A stretch of DNA of 29,193 nucleotides from a virus (IMGVR_UViG_3300037851_000166:1-29193), one strand, 5' to 3'. Counted from the first letter of the stretch, positions 9,874 to 18,417 are shown. Notes: generated by a model not told the origin, from the sequence alone. Numbers and translations are program-made.

Positions 9874-9900
9874 TCATCTTCCTGACGGGGTGAAGATGAT
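9873..9900 (+). other. Hairpin after the tail tube gene (attenuator or mRNA stabiliser)
   Basis: ATCATCTTC...GAAGATGAT perfect 9-bp inverted repeat; no U-tract. Confidence 0.5.
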
Positions 9901-9943
9901 AATTACCGACAATTAAGCTATTAAATAAGTGTCGCAAAATAAT

Positions 9944-10267
9944 ATGGACAGGGAAACCAAGAGCTTCAAGACGGCGTTGGACAAGGATTGCGTAATCTAC
10001 ACATACCTGACCGGACGGGAACGCCGGGCAATCCGAAACATCTACACGAAAGGTATGGAAGCCACGCTTGGCGACAACCCGGTTGCCAAGATTACCGGCG
10101 AACACTCCGCCGAGGCCGAGGACACCCTTCTGAAAACGGTCGTCGTTTCCTACGACGGCTCGGCTGAAAACATCGTCGAAAGGCTTCTGGCGGCGCAGGA
10201 CATTGAGTTGTCAAGCGTGGTTGACGAGATTAACAAGACCACGAACCGTTTTACACCGGCGAAGTAG
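9944..10267 (+). CDS. Tail assembly chaperone (gpG-like)
   Basis: Lies between tail tube and tape measure genes; ATG at 9944. Confidence 0.8.
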   Translation: MDRETKSFKTALDKDCVIYTYLTGRERRAIRNIYTKGMEATLGDNPVAKITGEHSAEAEDTLLKTVVVSYDGSAENIVERLLAAQDIELSSVVDEINKTTNRFTPAK

Positions 10268-10476
10268 ATTATTTCTATCTCTGGCAACGCTACTTCGCCG
10301 TCGGTCAGGAAACAAGGCCAGAAATGGAAGCCGCCTATGTCTGCCGGGAAATGGGCTGGACGCTTGATGAGTACCTTGATTCGCCGGACTACTTCTTGGA
10401 AACGGTCAAGACGATGTTGATAGCCGAATCCGAGGCCAAGGCGAGGCGGGAACGGGAACTTAACAAGCCCCAATGA
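10249..10476 (+). CDS. gpT-like -1 frameshift extension of the tail chaperone
   Basis: The -1 frame is open from CGTTTTAC (10247-10254) to TGA at 10474-10476: ...YVCREMGWTLDEYLDSPDYFLETV...; ends 1 nt before the tape measure ATG. Confidence 0.72.
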   Translation, partial: FYTGEVDYFYLWQRYFAVGQETRPEMEAAYVCREMGWTLDEYLDSPDYFLETVKTMLIAESEAKARRERELNKPQ

Positions 10477-10477
10477 T

Positions 10478-11875
10478 ATGGCCGAAGCCGTAAGCAAACT
10501 GGCGATTCTGGTTCAGGTGCGGGACGAGGCCGCACAAGCTTTGGGGCGCATAGCCAGCGACCTTGAAACAGCCGCCAAGAGCGCACAGAATTTCGCTTCC
10601 GATGTGGCCACGCTCTCCGGCGAAATCGGGGCGATAGGTGCGGCTGGCTTCGGCTTCGCAATCAAGGAGGCAATGGACTGGCAGACCGCCCTTGTCAGGG
10701 CGGGGGCTTTGATTAAGGGTACGGGTGTCGAGATTGACCTTGTTGCGAACAAGGCCAAGGAAATGAGCAAGGGCGTGAAATTCAGCGAGGAAGAAGTGCT
10801 TATCGCCCTTGCCCGCAATATCGGCTTCTACAAGGACTACGCCAAGGCCGTTGACGCTACTTGGTTCGCTATGGACTTGGCGACCGTTTCCGGGTGGAGC
10901 TTGGAACAGGTTCAGAAGGCGTTGGCAAAGACCGGCGACGAGTCCTATATGGCCTTAAAGATGTTGGCCACGGCGGTCGGCGTTGACCTTCCGGCCAGCC
11001 TTGCTGACGGAACGAACAAGGCCGAACAAATGACACGCATACTCGAACTGTTGCGGGAAAAGGTAACGGGGGCGGCGACGGCGGCTGGAAACATCAGCCC
11101 TTACCAGCGTCTTTGGAAGGAAATCAAGGATTTGGCACAGCAGATTGGCGAAACGGCCATACCTATCGTCAAGGCGTTCTTGGAGGAACATATCCTGCCC
11201 GTGATTCAGGGAATCAAGAAATGGGTTGACGAACACCCGGAACTGTTCAAGCAAATCGTCGAGCTTGGGCTTCTCGTTACGGGGGCGGCTCTGACGCTTG
11301 CCGGTTTCGGGGCGGGGCTTGCCTTGCTTGCCAAAATCATAACCGTTACGGTCGTACCGGCAATCAAGCTGATTGGGTTGGCGATAGCCGCCCTTCCGCT
11401 TACGGTGGCAATCACAATTTCGCTCATCGGGGCGGCTTGGGTTCTCGACACGCTCAATAAATTAAGGGGCGAAATGGACGCTCTCAACGCCGCTTCCGCC
11501 GCCGCCGCAGATATGAATATGCGGGCGTTGAACAAGGCCAAGGAACTGGAAAAGGCCGGGGACACCGAGGGGGCGGCAAAGTTGCGGGCGACGGTTCAGG
11601 GGCAGGTGAACAGCTATTCGTCGCCGCAGTCCGGGTGGGGGCAGTTCTGGCCGTTTGCCGAGGGCGGCGTAGTTACACGCCCCACGCTTGGGCTTGTTGG
11701 CGAGGCCGGTAGCGAGGCCGTCATACCGCTTAACCGCTTCGGCAGTTTGGGCGGGCAGACGATAAATGTCTATCTACAAGGCGACTTCTACACGACCGAG
11801 GAAGTGGCCGAAAGGTGGGCTTCTTCGCTTGCCCGAATCCTGAAATACAACCTTAATGTGGCCGTTCAAGCCTGA
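10478..11875 (+). CDS. Tape measure protein (short, 465 aa)
   Basis: Helical Ala-rich body, WVDEHPEL, hydrophobic stretch, C-terminal FAEGGVVTRPTLGLVGEAGSEAVIPL motif. Confidence 0.9.
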   Translation: MAEAVSKLAILVQVRDEAAQALGRIASDLETAAKSAQNFASDVATLSGEIGAIGAAGFGFAIKEAMDWQTALVRAGALIKGTGVEIDLVANKAKEMSKGVKFSEEEVLIALARNIGFYKDYAKAVDATWFAMDLATVSGWSLEQVQKALAKTGDESYMALKMLATAVGVDLPASLADGTNKAEQMTRILELLREKVTGAATAAGNISPYQRLWKEIKDLAQQIGETAIPIVKAFLEEHILPVIQGIKKWVDEHPELFKQIVELGLLVTGAALTLAGFGAGLALLAKIITVTVVPAIKLIGLAIAALPLTVAITISLIGAAWVLDTLNKLRGEMDALNAASAAAADMNMRALNKAKELEKAGDTEGAAKLRATVQGQVNSYSSPQSGWGQFWPFAEGGVVTRPTLGLVGEAGSEAVIPLNRFGSLGGQTINVYLQGDFYTTEEVAERWASSLARILKYNLNVAVQA

Positions 11876-11877
11876 TT

Positions 11878-13290
11878 ATGGCACTTGTCCTGAAAATCGG
11901 CGGAACGGACAGGTCGAGCTGGGTCAAGTGGCAGACGCTTCAAAAAGTCGAGGTGCTGACCAAGGAAGTTGACCGGCTCGAATTCGAGATAATCAAGACC
12001 GATTCCAAGACGAAGCCGACCGCCGGTACGGAAGTAACGCTCGAAGAAGGCGGCATTAAGATATTCGGCGGGCTTATAGTCGAGGTTCTCGAAACGGTCA
12101 GGGGCGGCGTTCTGCTCGGCTTTCAGGTGCGCTGTAAGGACTACTCGCACACGCTTGACCGCAAGCTAATCCTCAAAACCTATGAGAACAAGACCGCCCG
12201 TGAAATCATTTTGGATATCGTGGCTAATTACACTACCGGCTTCACTACTGCTGGCGTTGCTACCGTTACCCCTACACTAAGCTCAATCAAGTACAACTAC
12301 GAGCAGATTACGAGGGCTTTGACGCAACTGGCCGACCATTTGGGGTGGGATTGGTATGTGGACTACGACAAGGACATACACTTCTTCAACGAGGAAACCT
12401 ACACCGCCCCTTTTGAAATTACGGACACGAACCAGAAGATAAAATGGCGTTCCTTCGAGCATAACCAGACCATTTTACAGCTTAAAAACGCCGTCTATGT
12501 CCGGGGCGGCGAGTACAAGAAAACGATTGCCGAGGTCAATGCCCAAGATGTCTACTTGGGGGACGCTACACGCACCGTGTTCCCGCTTCAATACAAGTAC
12601 GCCAACCTGTCGGTCAAGAAGGGCGGTGTGGTACAGATTATCGGCACAGACCAGCAGGACGACCCGGCGACCTGTGATGTACTGCTCAACCAGAAGGAGA
12701 AGTTCCTGCGGTTCACGACCGCCCCCGGTGCGGCTGTCGAGGTCAAGTCCTACGGCGACGCTTTCATACCGATTATCGCCCTCGTACGAGACCATATCAG
12801 CATTGCCGCCTACGGCATTTACGAGGCCGTCGTCGTTGACAAGTCAATCACTTCCGTAACCGAGGCGCAGAGCCGGGCGAAGTCCGAACTCCGCAAGTAC
12901 GCCGAATCGGTCAATGAAGCCCGTTTCCTTACCAACGAAACCGGGTTGAGGGTCGGCCAGCAGATTAAGGTAACGCTTGCCAGCCGGTCGCTCGATAAGT
13001 GGTTCAAGATTAACCGAATCATCGGCAAGCCGGACACTTCCGGGCGTATGCTGTACGAGGTGTTCCTTATCGCTTCCGGCCAGACGACCTTCACGGACAT
13101 AATGATTGACCTTCTCGGCAAGGACAAAAAGACGCTTGAATTCGCTGACAACGAGGTTCTTCAGCGCTTGGAGAGCTTTTACGAGGCTGTTGAGTGCGTG
13201 GACGCTGTAAGCGTCAACAAGACGACCCCGCCCTACAAGTGGGCGAGTTCGGCAAACAACCTTGTTTGGGGCTTCGGCACTTGGAGTTAA
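11878..13290 (+). CDS. Baseplate hub/tail tip protein
   Basis: IFGGLI, CKDYSHTLDRKL, LADHLGWDWYVDYDKDIHFF, NAVYVRGG, GLRVGQQI motifs of gp27-like hubs. Confidence 0.78.
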   Translation: MALVLKIGGTDRSSWVKWQTLQKVEVLTKEVDRLEFEIIKTDSKTKPTAGTEVTLEEGGIKIFGGLIVEVLETVRGGVLLGFQVRCKDYSHTLDRKLILKTYENKTAREIILDIVANYTTGFTTAGVATVTPTLSSIKYNYEQITRALTQLADHLGWDWYVDYDKDIHFFNEETYTAPFEITDTNQKIKWRSFEHNQTILQLKNAVYVRGGEYKKTIAEVNAQDVYLGDATRTVFPLQYKYANLSVKKGGVVQIIGTDQQDDPATCDVLLNQKEKFLRFTTAPGAAVEVKSYGDAFIPIIALVRDHISIAAYGIYEAVVVDKSITSVTEAQSRAKSELRKYAESVNEARFLTNETGLRVGQQIKVTLASRSLDKWFKINRIIGKPDTSGRMLYEVFLIASGQTTFTDIMIDLLGKDKKTLEFADNEVLQRLESFYEAVECVDAVSVNKTTPPYKWASSANNLVWGFGTWS

Positions 13291-13302
13291 GCTGGCAAAA
13301 AT

Positions 13303-13857
13303 ATGAAGCTGAACGACGGGGCGACAATGGCCGGGCGTGTGTACGCACTCCGGCAACCGGCGGGGACTTGCGACCGGCTACGGGCTATGAGGGCGGCGGG
13401 CGTTCCCGACCGTGAGATACAGCGGGCGGCTGTCGAGGCGGCAACCGAGGTTTGCTTTCTCGGCGGCAACATCGTAGTCAGTAGCGCAGACTACGGGCGC
13501 AACCTGATACTTCAAAAGCTGACCGGCGACGACACCTACACGCTTCATATCACGCATTTCGAGGTCGGGGACGGGGCAACGCCGGTAACGGCGGCGGATA
13601 CCGCTATGGAAAGCGGCAAGGCGAGGCAACCCCTGACTTCCTCCGTCATTGACAACGACGAGGCCACGCTCAACTTCTTCTTCTCCGACGCACAGCTTCC
13701 CAACGACGATTACACGGAGGCTGGGACTTTCGTTGACGGGACGGCTTCGCTCGGAACTGGCAAGCTTTTCAACCACGCCTTGTTCGGCTCGACCTACACG
13801 AAGGCGACCGGCGAGGACAGCACCTTCGTCGTCGTGTTCACCCTTAACGCCGCCTGA
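13303..13857 (+). CDS. Baseplate/fibre-attachment protein
   Basis: NIVV...GRNLI, ITHFEVGDG.TP..AADT, YTEAGTF, LFNHALF pattern. Confidence 0.65.
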   Translation: MKLNDGATMAGRVYALRQPAGTCDRLRAMRAAGVPDREIQRAAVEAATEVCFLGGNIVVSSADYGRNLILQKLTGDDTYTLHITHFEVGDGATPVTAADTAMESGKARQPLTSSVIDNDEATLNFFFSDAQLPNDDYTEAGTFVDGTASLGTGKLFNHALFGSTYTKATGEDSTFVVVFTLNAA

Positions 13858-13859
13858 TT

Positions 13860-14831
13860 ATGATTTCAAGCGCAGTTTCGGCTGGCGACACAGCCACAGC
13901 CGTCCAGTACAACAATCTCCGCAAGGACGCAAAAAGGGGGTCGTACCTTCTGCCGAGGGCGCAGGACACCCCGGATATGACCGTCAAGGTCGAGGCGGGG
14001 GTGTTCTTCATCGGGGCTACACGGGTCATCTTCGCCGGTGGAAATTCGCCGTCCTTTTCCGCCCCGTCCGGCAACCCCCGAATCGACATCTTGACGATAA
14101 ACAGTTCCGGCACTCTGGCCATTACGCAGGGGTTGGAAGCCGGAAGCCCGACACCGCCGACCTATCCGACCGACAAGCTTGTGATATGCGAGGTCTATAA
14201 TCGGGTGGGGGAAACATCAATCAAGGACACGGACGACAGCGCCAACGGCTACATCTACAACGACATCAGGGGGCTTGGATTTGCCTACATTTCGAGCGAC
14301 ACGCAGATAGGAACGGGCGTTATCGGCAAGGCGAAACTGGCGGAAACATTCGTAGAAACCTCCGGCGACCAGACGGTTAACGGGATAAAGACCTTCGGCT
14401 CAATCCCGGTTTTTCCGGCCTCTAATCCGACTACCGACAATCAGGGGGCAAGGAAGAAGTATGTGGACGACAATATCGGCAAGTTCGCCCACGGTGTCGC
14501 ATCTTGTTCCGTTACAGGGTCGGGTACGCAGAACATAGCCCACGGCCTCGGCATTACCCCCAAGAAAATCAGGATTACGGCAGGGGACGCAACCGCCGGG
14601 TGGGGTCATTACCACAGCGTCGGAGTTTACGACGGCTTAACCGTAGCGGCGCTTTACACCTACGACAGCGGCGGGAGTGTGTATGCGGCGACAACGACCA
14701 CCTATATCCTCGTAATTTCAAGCGGGGGCGTAACGAGGTCAGCCACCGTTGCCATTGATGCGACCAACATCACGCTCACTTGGACGGGCGGCAACACTAA
14801 TATTCAAATGCTGTGGGAGGCTGAAATATAA
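13860..14831 (+). CDS. Tail fibre/receptor-binding protein
   Basis: AQDTPDMTVKVEAG, NPRIDIL, GDQTVNGIKTF fibre repeat, ARKKYVDD, IAHGLGITPKKI. Confidence 0.8.
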   Translation: MISSAVSAGDTATAVQYNNLRKDAKRGSYLLPRAQDTPDMTVKVEAGVFFIGATRVIFAGGNSPSFSAPSGNPRIDILTINSSGTLAITQGLEAGSPTPPTYPTDKLVICEVYNRVGETSIKDTDDSANGYIYNDIRGLGFAYISSDTQIGTGVIGKAKLAETFVETSGDQTVNGIKTFGSIPVFPASNPTTDNQGARKKYVDDNIGKFAHGVASCSVTGSGTQNIAHGLGITPKKIRITAGDATAGWGHYHSVGVYDGLTVAALYTYDSGGSVYAATTTTYILVISSGGVTRSATVAIDATNITLTWTGGNTNIQMLWEAEI

Positions 14832-14835
14832 ACTT

Positions 14836-15054
14836 ATGAACGACCTTGAACGACAGGTGGCGGAATTGAAGGACACGGTTCAGCGGTTCCTTCAAAACCA
14901 CGTCGTACACATCGAAGCCTCAATCGGCAGTTTGAAGGGGCAACTGTCCATACTCAAAGCACTTGTCGTCGGCGTTGCGGTTGGGGTGTTCGTCAACCTT
15001 GCCGCCGTCGGGCTGGCCTTCTGGTTCGTAGTCGTTCAGAGGGCGGTTAACTGA
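14836..15054 (+). CDS. Coiled-coil plus C-terminal TM protein (lysis accessory/holin-like)
   Basis: ATG at 14836; NHVVHIE coiled coil then one hydrophobic helix; directly precedes the peptidase. Confidence 0.65.
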   Translation: MNDLERQVAELKDTVQRFLQNHVVHIEASIGSLKGQLSILKALVVGVAVGVFVNLAAVGLAFWFVVVQRAVN

Positions 15055-15063
15055 CTTAGGTTT

Positions 15064-15738
15064 ATGCTTCGCTACACGACATACAGGCAGGGCGACCCGA
15101 AATGGGCGGCGACCAAGATAGGCGTTTTCCCCGGCGGCAAGACCGTTACGCTCGGAAGCCACGGCTGTTTCATAACAAGCTTCACAAACGCCCTTGCCAA
15201 CTACGCCATTGACATTACCCCGCCGCAAGCCGTCGCCAAGCTTCTGGCCGTCAACGGGCTTACGACCGACGGCCAGTTGACCTACGACGGCATTATGCGG
15301 GCGTTCCCCGATGTAGCCTTTTGGGGGCGGCACGATACCACCGTCAACAACCAGCCGAATTACAGCCGTATGGACATCGGCGTTGCCTTGAAGCGCATAC
15401 AGAAACTAGTCAGGCTCGGTCAGCCGGTAATCCTTTGCGTTGACGCAATAAACAACGACAAGATTGCCGACCACGCCGTTCTTTGCGTGTCGGAGAACTT
15501 CGACGTCGTTGACCCGGCTTACGGCGACCTGAAACCGATTGCCTTCCGCTACGGCCAGCCGGACAGGTCAATCTACGGCTTTGTCGCCCTGATAGGCTCG
15601 CCGGTCGAGTTCAACGACGAAACCTACGCCCCCGAAGGGCAAGCCCTTTGGAAAATGACGCAAGCGTACAAGTTGGCCGGGAACGCCGCCGCCAAGCAGT
15701 ACGCAAAAGAGGCCATTGACATCTTGCTAAGTTATTAA
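15064..15738 (+). CDS. C39-like cysteine peptidase, probable endolysin
   Basis: YRQGDPKW, GCFITS (catalytic Cys), PVILCV, HAVL (His), VVDP (Asp); flanked by membrane proteins. Confidence 0.82.
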   Translation: MLRYTTYRQGDPKWAATKIGVFPGGKTVTLGSHGCFITSFTNALANYAIDITPPQAVAKLLAVNGLTTDGQLTYDGIMRAFPDVAFWGRHDTTVNNQPNYSRMDIGVALKRIQKLVRLGQPVILCVDAINNDKIADHAVLCVSENFDVVDPAYGDLKPIAFRYGQPDRSIYGFVALIGSPVEFNDETYAPEGQALWKMTQAYKLAGNAAAKQYAKEAIDILLSY

Positions 15739-15749
15739 CCTGAATCCGT

Positions 15750-15962
15750 ATGTACAAGGTCATCGAAGCCCTTGCCGCCTTCAAGGTCTGGCTACGGGGC
15801 AAAAAGACATACATCATAGCCCTGCTCGGCGGCCTGACCGTCGTGGCGTGGCTTCTCGGCTGGATTCCGACCGACTTGGCGGAGAAGCTCCTTGCCCTGC
15901 TCGGCTTCGGCGGGGTGCTGTCGCTCCGGGCGGCTGTCGGAAAACTTGACGAAACACGGTAG
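15750..15962 (+). CDS. Holin-like two-TM protein
   Basis: LRGKKTYIIA..., two hydrophobic helices, LRAAV; follows the endolysin. Confidence 0.75.
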   Translation: MYKVIEALAAFKVWLRGKKTYIIALLGGLTVVAWLLGWIPTDLAEKLLALLGFGGVLSLRAAVGKLDETR

Positions 15963-16280
15963 CCGGTGTACCATTGGGCGGCGTTATCCCCGGAAGGGGT
16001 AACTGGCCGGATAACGGCGGCGGCTCTGCCCCGCCGTTTTCTAATGCGTCCGTAAGGGCATACGAAGGCCGCAGAACCGCCCCGGCGGGCGTTTCCGCAA
16101 ACTCACTAAGCCGAGGCCAGTCTGCCCCGTCTACGGGCGTATATGGCCTCTGGCGAGATTTCGAGGCAAACGAAAACGCCAGTCTGCCGACCGGCGTTAT
16201 CGTAGTGCTACGCCCCGATTGGTAAGTGGCCACCAATCCGCATTGCGGATAAAATGATTGTGTGAGCGGCAACTGATTCC

Positions 16281-16309
16281 AGCGTAGAGGGAAGGAAGTT
16301 TTTTGTCAA
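16281..16309 (-). promoter_or_regulatory. Leftward sigma70-like promoter
   Basis: Minus strand TTGACA (16309-16304), 17 nt, TACGCT (16286-16281). Confidence 0.6.
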
Positions 16310-16324
16310 ATGGCGCACCGGGAC

Positions 16325-16353
16325 TTGACAAACTTTCGCCTGTCAAGTATGAT
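16325..16353 (+). promoter_or_regulatory. Rightward sigma70-like promoter P1 with overlapping inverted repeat
   Basis: TTGACA-17 nt-TATGAT; CTTGACA-N10-TGTCAAG palindrome at 16324-16347. Confidence 0.8.
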
Positions 16354-16403
16354 GAATTTAAGGCTGAATCGGCAGTTTCCGCCGCCCCGTGTGGCAAGGG
16401 GAC

Positions 16404-16432
16404 TTGACAACCCCGGCGAAATGTGCCATACT
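16404..16432 (+). promoter_or_regulatory. Rightward sigma70-like promoter P2
   Basis: TTGACA-17 nt-CATACT with TGn extension; shares GGGACTTGACAA with P1. Confidence 0.75.
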
Positions 16433-16467
16433 GGATTCAACATTAACTACTCAATACTCAACCCCCT

Positions 16468-16740
16468 ATGATTACCGTTTCGGTAGTCCAAAGCGCACAC
16501 GCTTGCCCGGCTTCAACCAACGGCAAGCCGGGAATCTCCCTTCGGTTCGGTACTTACGAAGCGCACCTGACCAAGTACCAAGCGGAAAAGACCGTTGCGT
16601 TGCTTAACGAAGCCATTGCTGAACTGAACGGCAAGAAGGCCAAGAACGGCAACCTTTGCGGTTGTGGCGAACCCGCCACAAACGGAATTTGCCAGACTTG
16701 TAAGGACGGCATTGAAGCGTGTGAATACCCGGCCAATTAA
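16468..16740 (+). CDS. First early gene, hypothetical with C-terminal Cys cluster
   Basis: 90 aa, LCGCGEP...ICQTC; lies between P2 and a terminator. Confidence 0.75.
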   Translation: MITVSVVQSAHACPASTNGKPGISLRFGTYEAHLTKYQAEKTVALLNEAIAELNGKKAKNGNLCGCGEPATNGICQTCKDGIEACEYPAN

Positions 16741-16752
16741 GGCCGGGTTTTT
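16727..16752 (+). terminator. Rho-independent terminator
   Basis: ACCCGGCC-AATTAA-GGCCGGGT stem followed by a T run. Confidence 0.75.
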
Positions 16753-16764
16753 GGTAATCCCCAT

Positions 16765-16985
16765 ATGACCCCATTAACTCGAAGGCGGAACTTGAAGCCC
16801 TGCTTAAAGCGGCAACCGAAGCCGGACAGAAGGCCGTCGCCGGTATGTCGGACGGCTGGCCTTGCGGTAGTGCGACAATCTGCCTTGAAAGTTCAAGCCC
16901 GTTGGTTCGGGCGTTCAAGAGGTATGCCGTCGGAAGCAACGAAAGCGGTCGGTACGGCGTTGAAAACGGCTCAATGACTAATCCT
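16765..16985 (+). pseudogene. Frameshifted, apparently truncated hypothetical gene
   Basis: ATG at 16765 is one base out of frame with a protein-like reading (PINSKAELEALLKAATEAGQKAVAGMSDGWPCG...) that runs without a stop into the next gene. Confidence 0.55.
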
Positions 16986-17234
16986 ATGAGCAAATCAAAT
17001 CCAAGCAGGGCAGACAGGTTTCAGGAAGCGATTGAAAAGATTGGCGAAGGTCAATCCGAGATTGAGGAAATTCGGGACGAGCTTCAAAACTGGCTTGATA
17101 ACCTTCCCGAAAACCTTCAAAACGGTATGAAAGCCGAAGCCCTTCAAAGCGCAATAGACGAGTGCGAAACCGCCATTAGCGGTTGCGGGGAAGCGGCAGG
17201 GGCAAGCCCGGAGTTTCCGGGTATGTTCGGTTGA
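16986..17234 (+). CDS. Hypothetical acidic helical protein
   Basis: EEIRDELQNWLDNLPENLQNG..AEAL motif, recurrent in small phage early proteins; TATG start. Confidence 0.78.
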   Translation: MSKSNPSRADRFQEAIEKIGEGQSEIEEIRDELQNWLDNLPENLQNGMKAEALQSAIDECETAISGCGEAAGASPEFPGMFG

Positions 17235-17239
17235 CACCT

Positions 17240-17407
17240 ATGATGAACATTTGCGCACACGGCTACGAACCGGCGGCGGAGTGTCCGAGGTGCGAACTTG
17301 AAGCCGCCGAAATGGTTGTGCCTTCCGAGCCTTCAACCTTCGAGAGCGAAAACCCCGGCGGTTGTTCCGTGTGCGGCTGTCCCGACGACTGCCTTTGTAA
17401 CGGCTGA
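17240..17407 (+). CDS. Cys-rich microprotein
   Basis: CAHG...CPRC...CSVCGCPDDCLC; ATG at 17240. Confidence 0.65.
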   Translation: MMNICAHGYEPAAECPRCELEAAEMVVPSEPSTFESENPGGCSVCGCPDDCLCNG

Positions 17408-17408
17408 T

Positions 17409-17747
17409 ATGGACATACGCTTCGTAAATCTGCTCAAAGACTTTGCCACCTTCCCGACACTTCGGGTAACAGGCTCTTGGGCTGACGGCACTAACCACGC
17501 CGGAAGCGACCTTGACTTGAAGGTGCGGGACAGCGGCTTCGGCGGGAAGGACTATATGAAACTGGCCGGGGAACTGCTTCAAAGACACGGCCTTAAATTG
17601 CGAAGCAACCAGCCCGGCCATCTTTTCGTAGTCCCGCAGGACACGGATTGGTTGCCCTACCAAATCGAGGTTTCGGACAGGTTCAACAAACGGCCTAACA
17701 AACTGAACGCCGTCCTGATTGAAGGGATTGCGTTCAAGACATATTAA
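17409..17747 (+). CDS. Minimal nucleotidyltransferase (Pol-beta superfamily)
   Basis: hGS-x9-DhD signature VTGSWADGTNHAGSDLDL; ATG at 17409. Confidence 0.72.
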   Translation: MDIRFVNLLKDFATFPTLRVTGSWADGTNHAGSDLDLKVRDSGFGGKDYMKLAGELLQRHGLKLRSNQPGHLFVVPQDTDWLPYQIEVSDRFNKRPNKLNAVLIEGIAFKTY

Positions 17748-17749
17748 CT

Positions 17750-18244
17750 ATGCCAGTCGCTATTTGTACGCCCGGATGGGAAGAAAGGTGCGCTTGCGCC
17801 ACAAGCAAGAAGTGTATCTGCTTGTGCGGCGGGGCGAATCACGGAACGGCAACAGGCAACAGGCCAGCCGCCGGTCAGCCGGAGTTTGACATCTTCGGTA
17901 TGACGGGCGAGGACGGCAAAAAGGTCGAGCTACAAGGCTTCATTGTCGGACACGCCGGAAGCCGCCGGGTGTTCGTCAACGGGGGCGAGATACACCCCGA
18001 AGAAAGCCAGAAGATAATCAACCACAGCCCGGACGGGTTTAATTGGGGCTACGGCGGTTCAGCACCAGCGCAACTGTCCCTTGCGATACTGCTAGAATTC
18101 GGGGTGAAGCCGGACAAGGCGCTTCAGCTTCACCACGACTTCAAGGCCAGCTTCATTGAGGGGCTTCCGCAGGGGCGGAACTTCCAGCTTCCGATTGAAC
18201 GGGTTCAGGCTTACTTAAAGGCGGTTAACGCCTACGAAAAATAA
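17750..18244 (+). CDS. DUF6166-like protein with N-terminal Cys/His cluster
   Basis: NHSPDGFNWGYGGSAPAQLSLAIL motif; CACATSKKCICLCGGANHG. Confidence 0.78.
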   Translation: MPVAICTPGWEERCACATSKKCICLCGGANHGTATGNRPAAGQPEFDIFGMTGEDGKKVELQGFIVGHAGSRRVFVNGGEIHPEESQKIINHSPDGFNWGYGGSAPAQLSLAILLEFGVKPDKALQLHHDFKASFIEGLPQGRNFQLPIERVQAYLKAVNAYEK

Positions 18245-18248
18245 CCAT

Positions 18249-18416
18249 ATGGAAAACACGAAGAAGGAACTCACCTACGAGGAACGGAAGAAGGCTTGCG
18301 CCAATTGCGGCCACCGGAAGGCCGACCTGTACAAGCCTTGTGAGAAGTGCGGCAGTTCGCTTATTTACAACGACCCCAATCCCGCCGGGTTGATAAGGGC
18401 TATGAGCCAACTCTGA
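18249..18416 (+). CDS. Zn-ribbon microprotein (55 aa, absent from the ORF track)
   Basis: CANCG...PCEKCGS; fills the gap and ends 1 nt before the next ATG. Confidence 0.7.
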   Translation: MENTKKELTYEERKKACANCGHRKADLYKPCEKCGSSLIYNDPNPAGLIRAMSQL

Positions 18417-18417
18417 T

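Noticed and set aside
1615-14831. Diversity-generating retroelement targeting the fibre genes
   Set aside because: No reverse transcriptase and no template/variable repeat pair seen in the window.
15814-16272. 152-aa minus-strand ORF downstream of the leftward promoter as a repressor
   Set aside because: TTG start, Pro/Arg-rich composition, no HTH, and overlap with the holin; the opposite 15974-16225 ORF is equally unconvincing.
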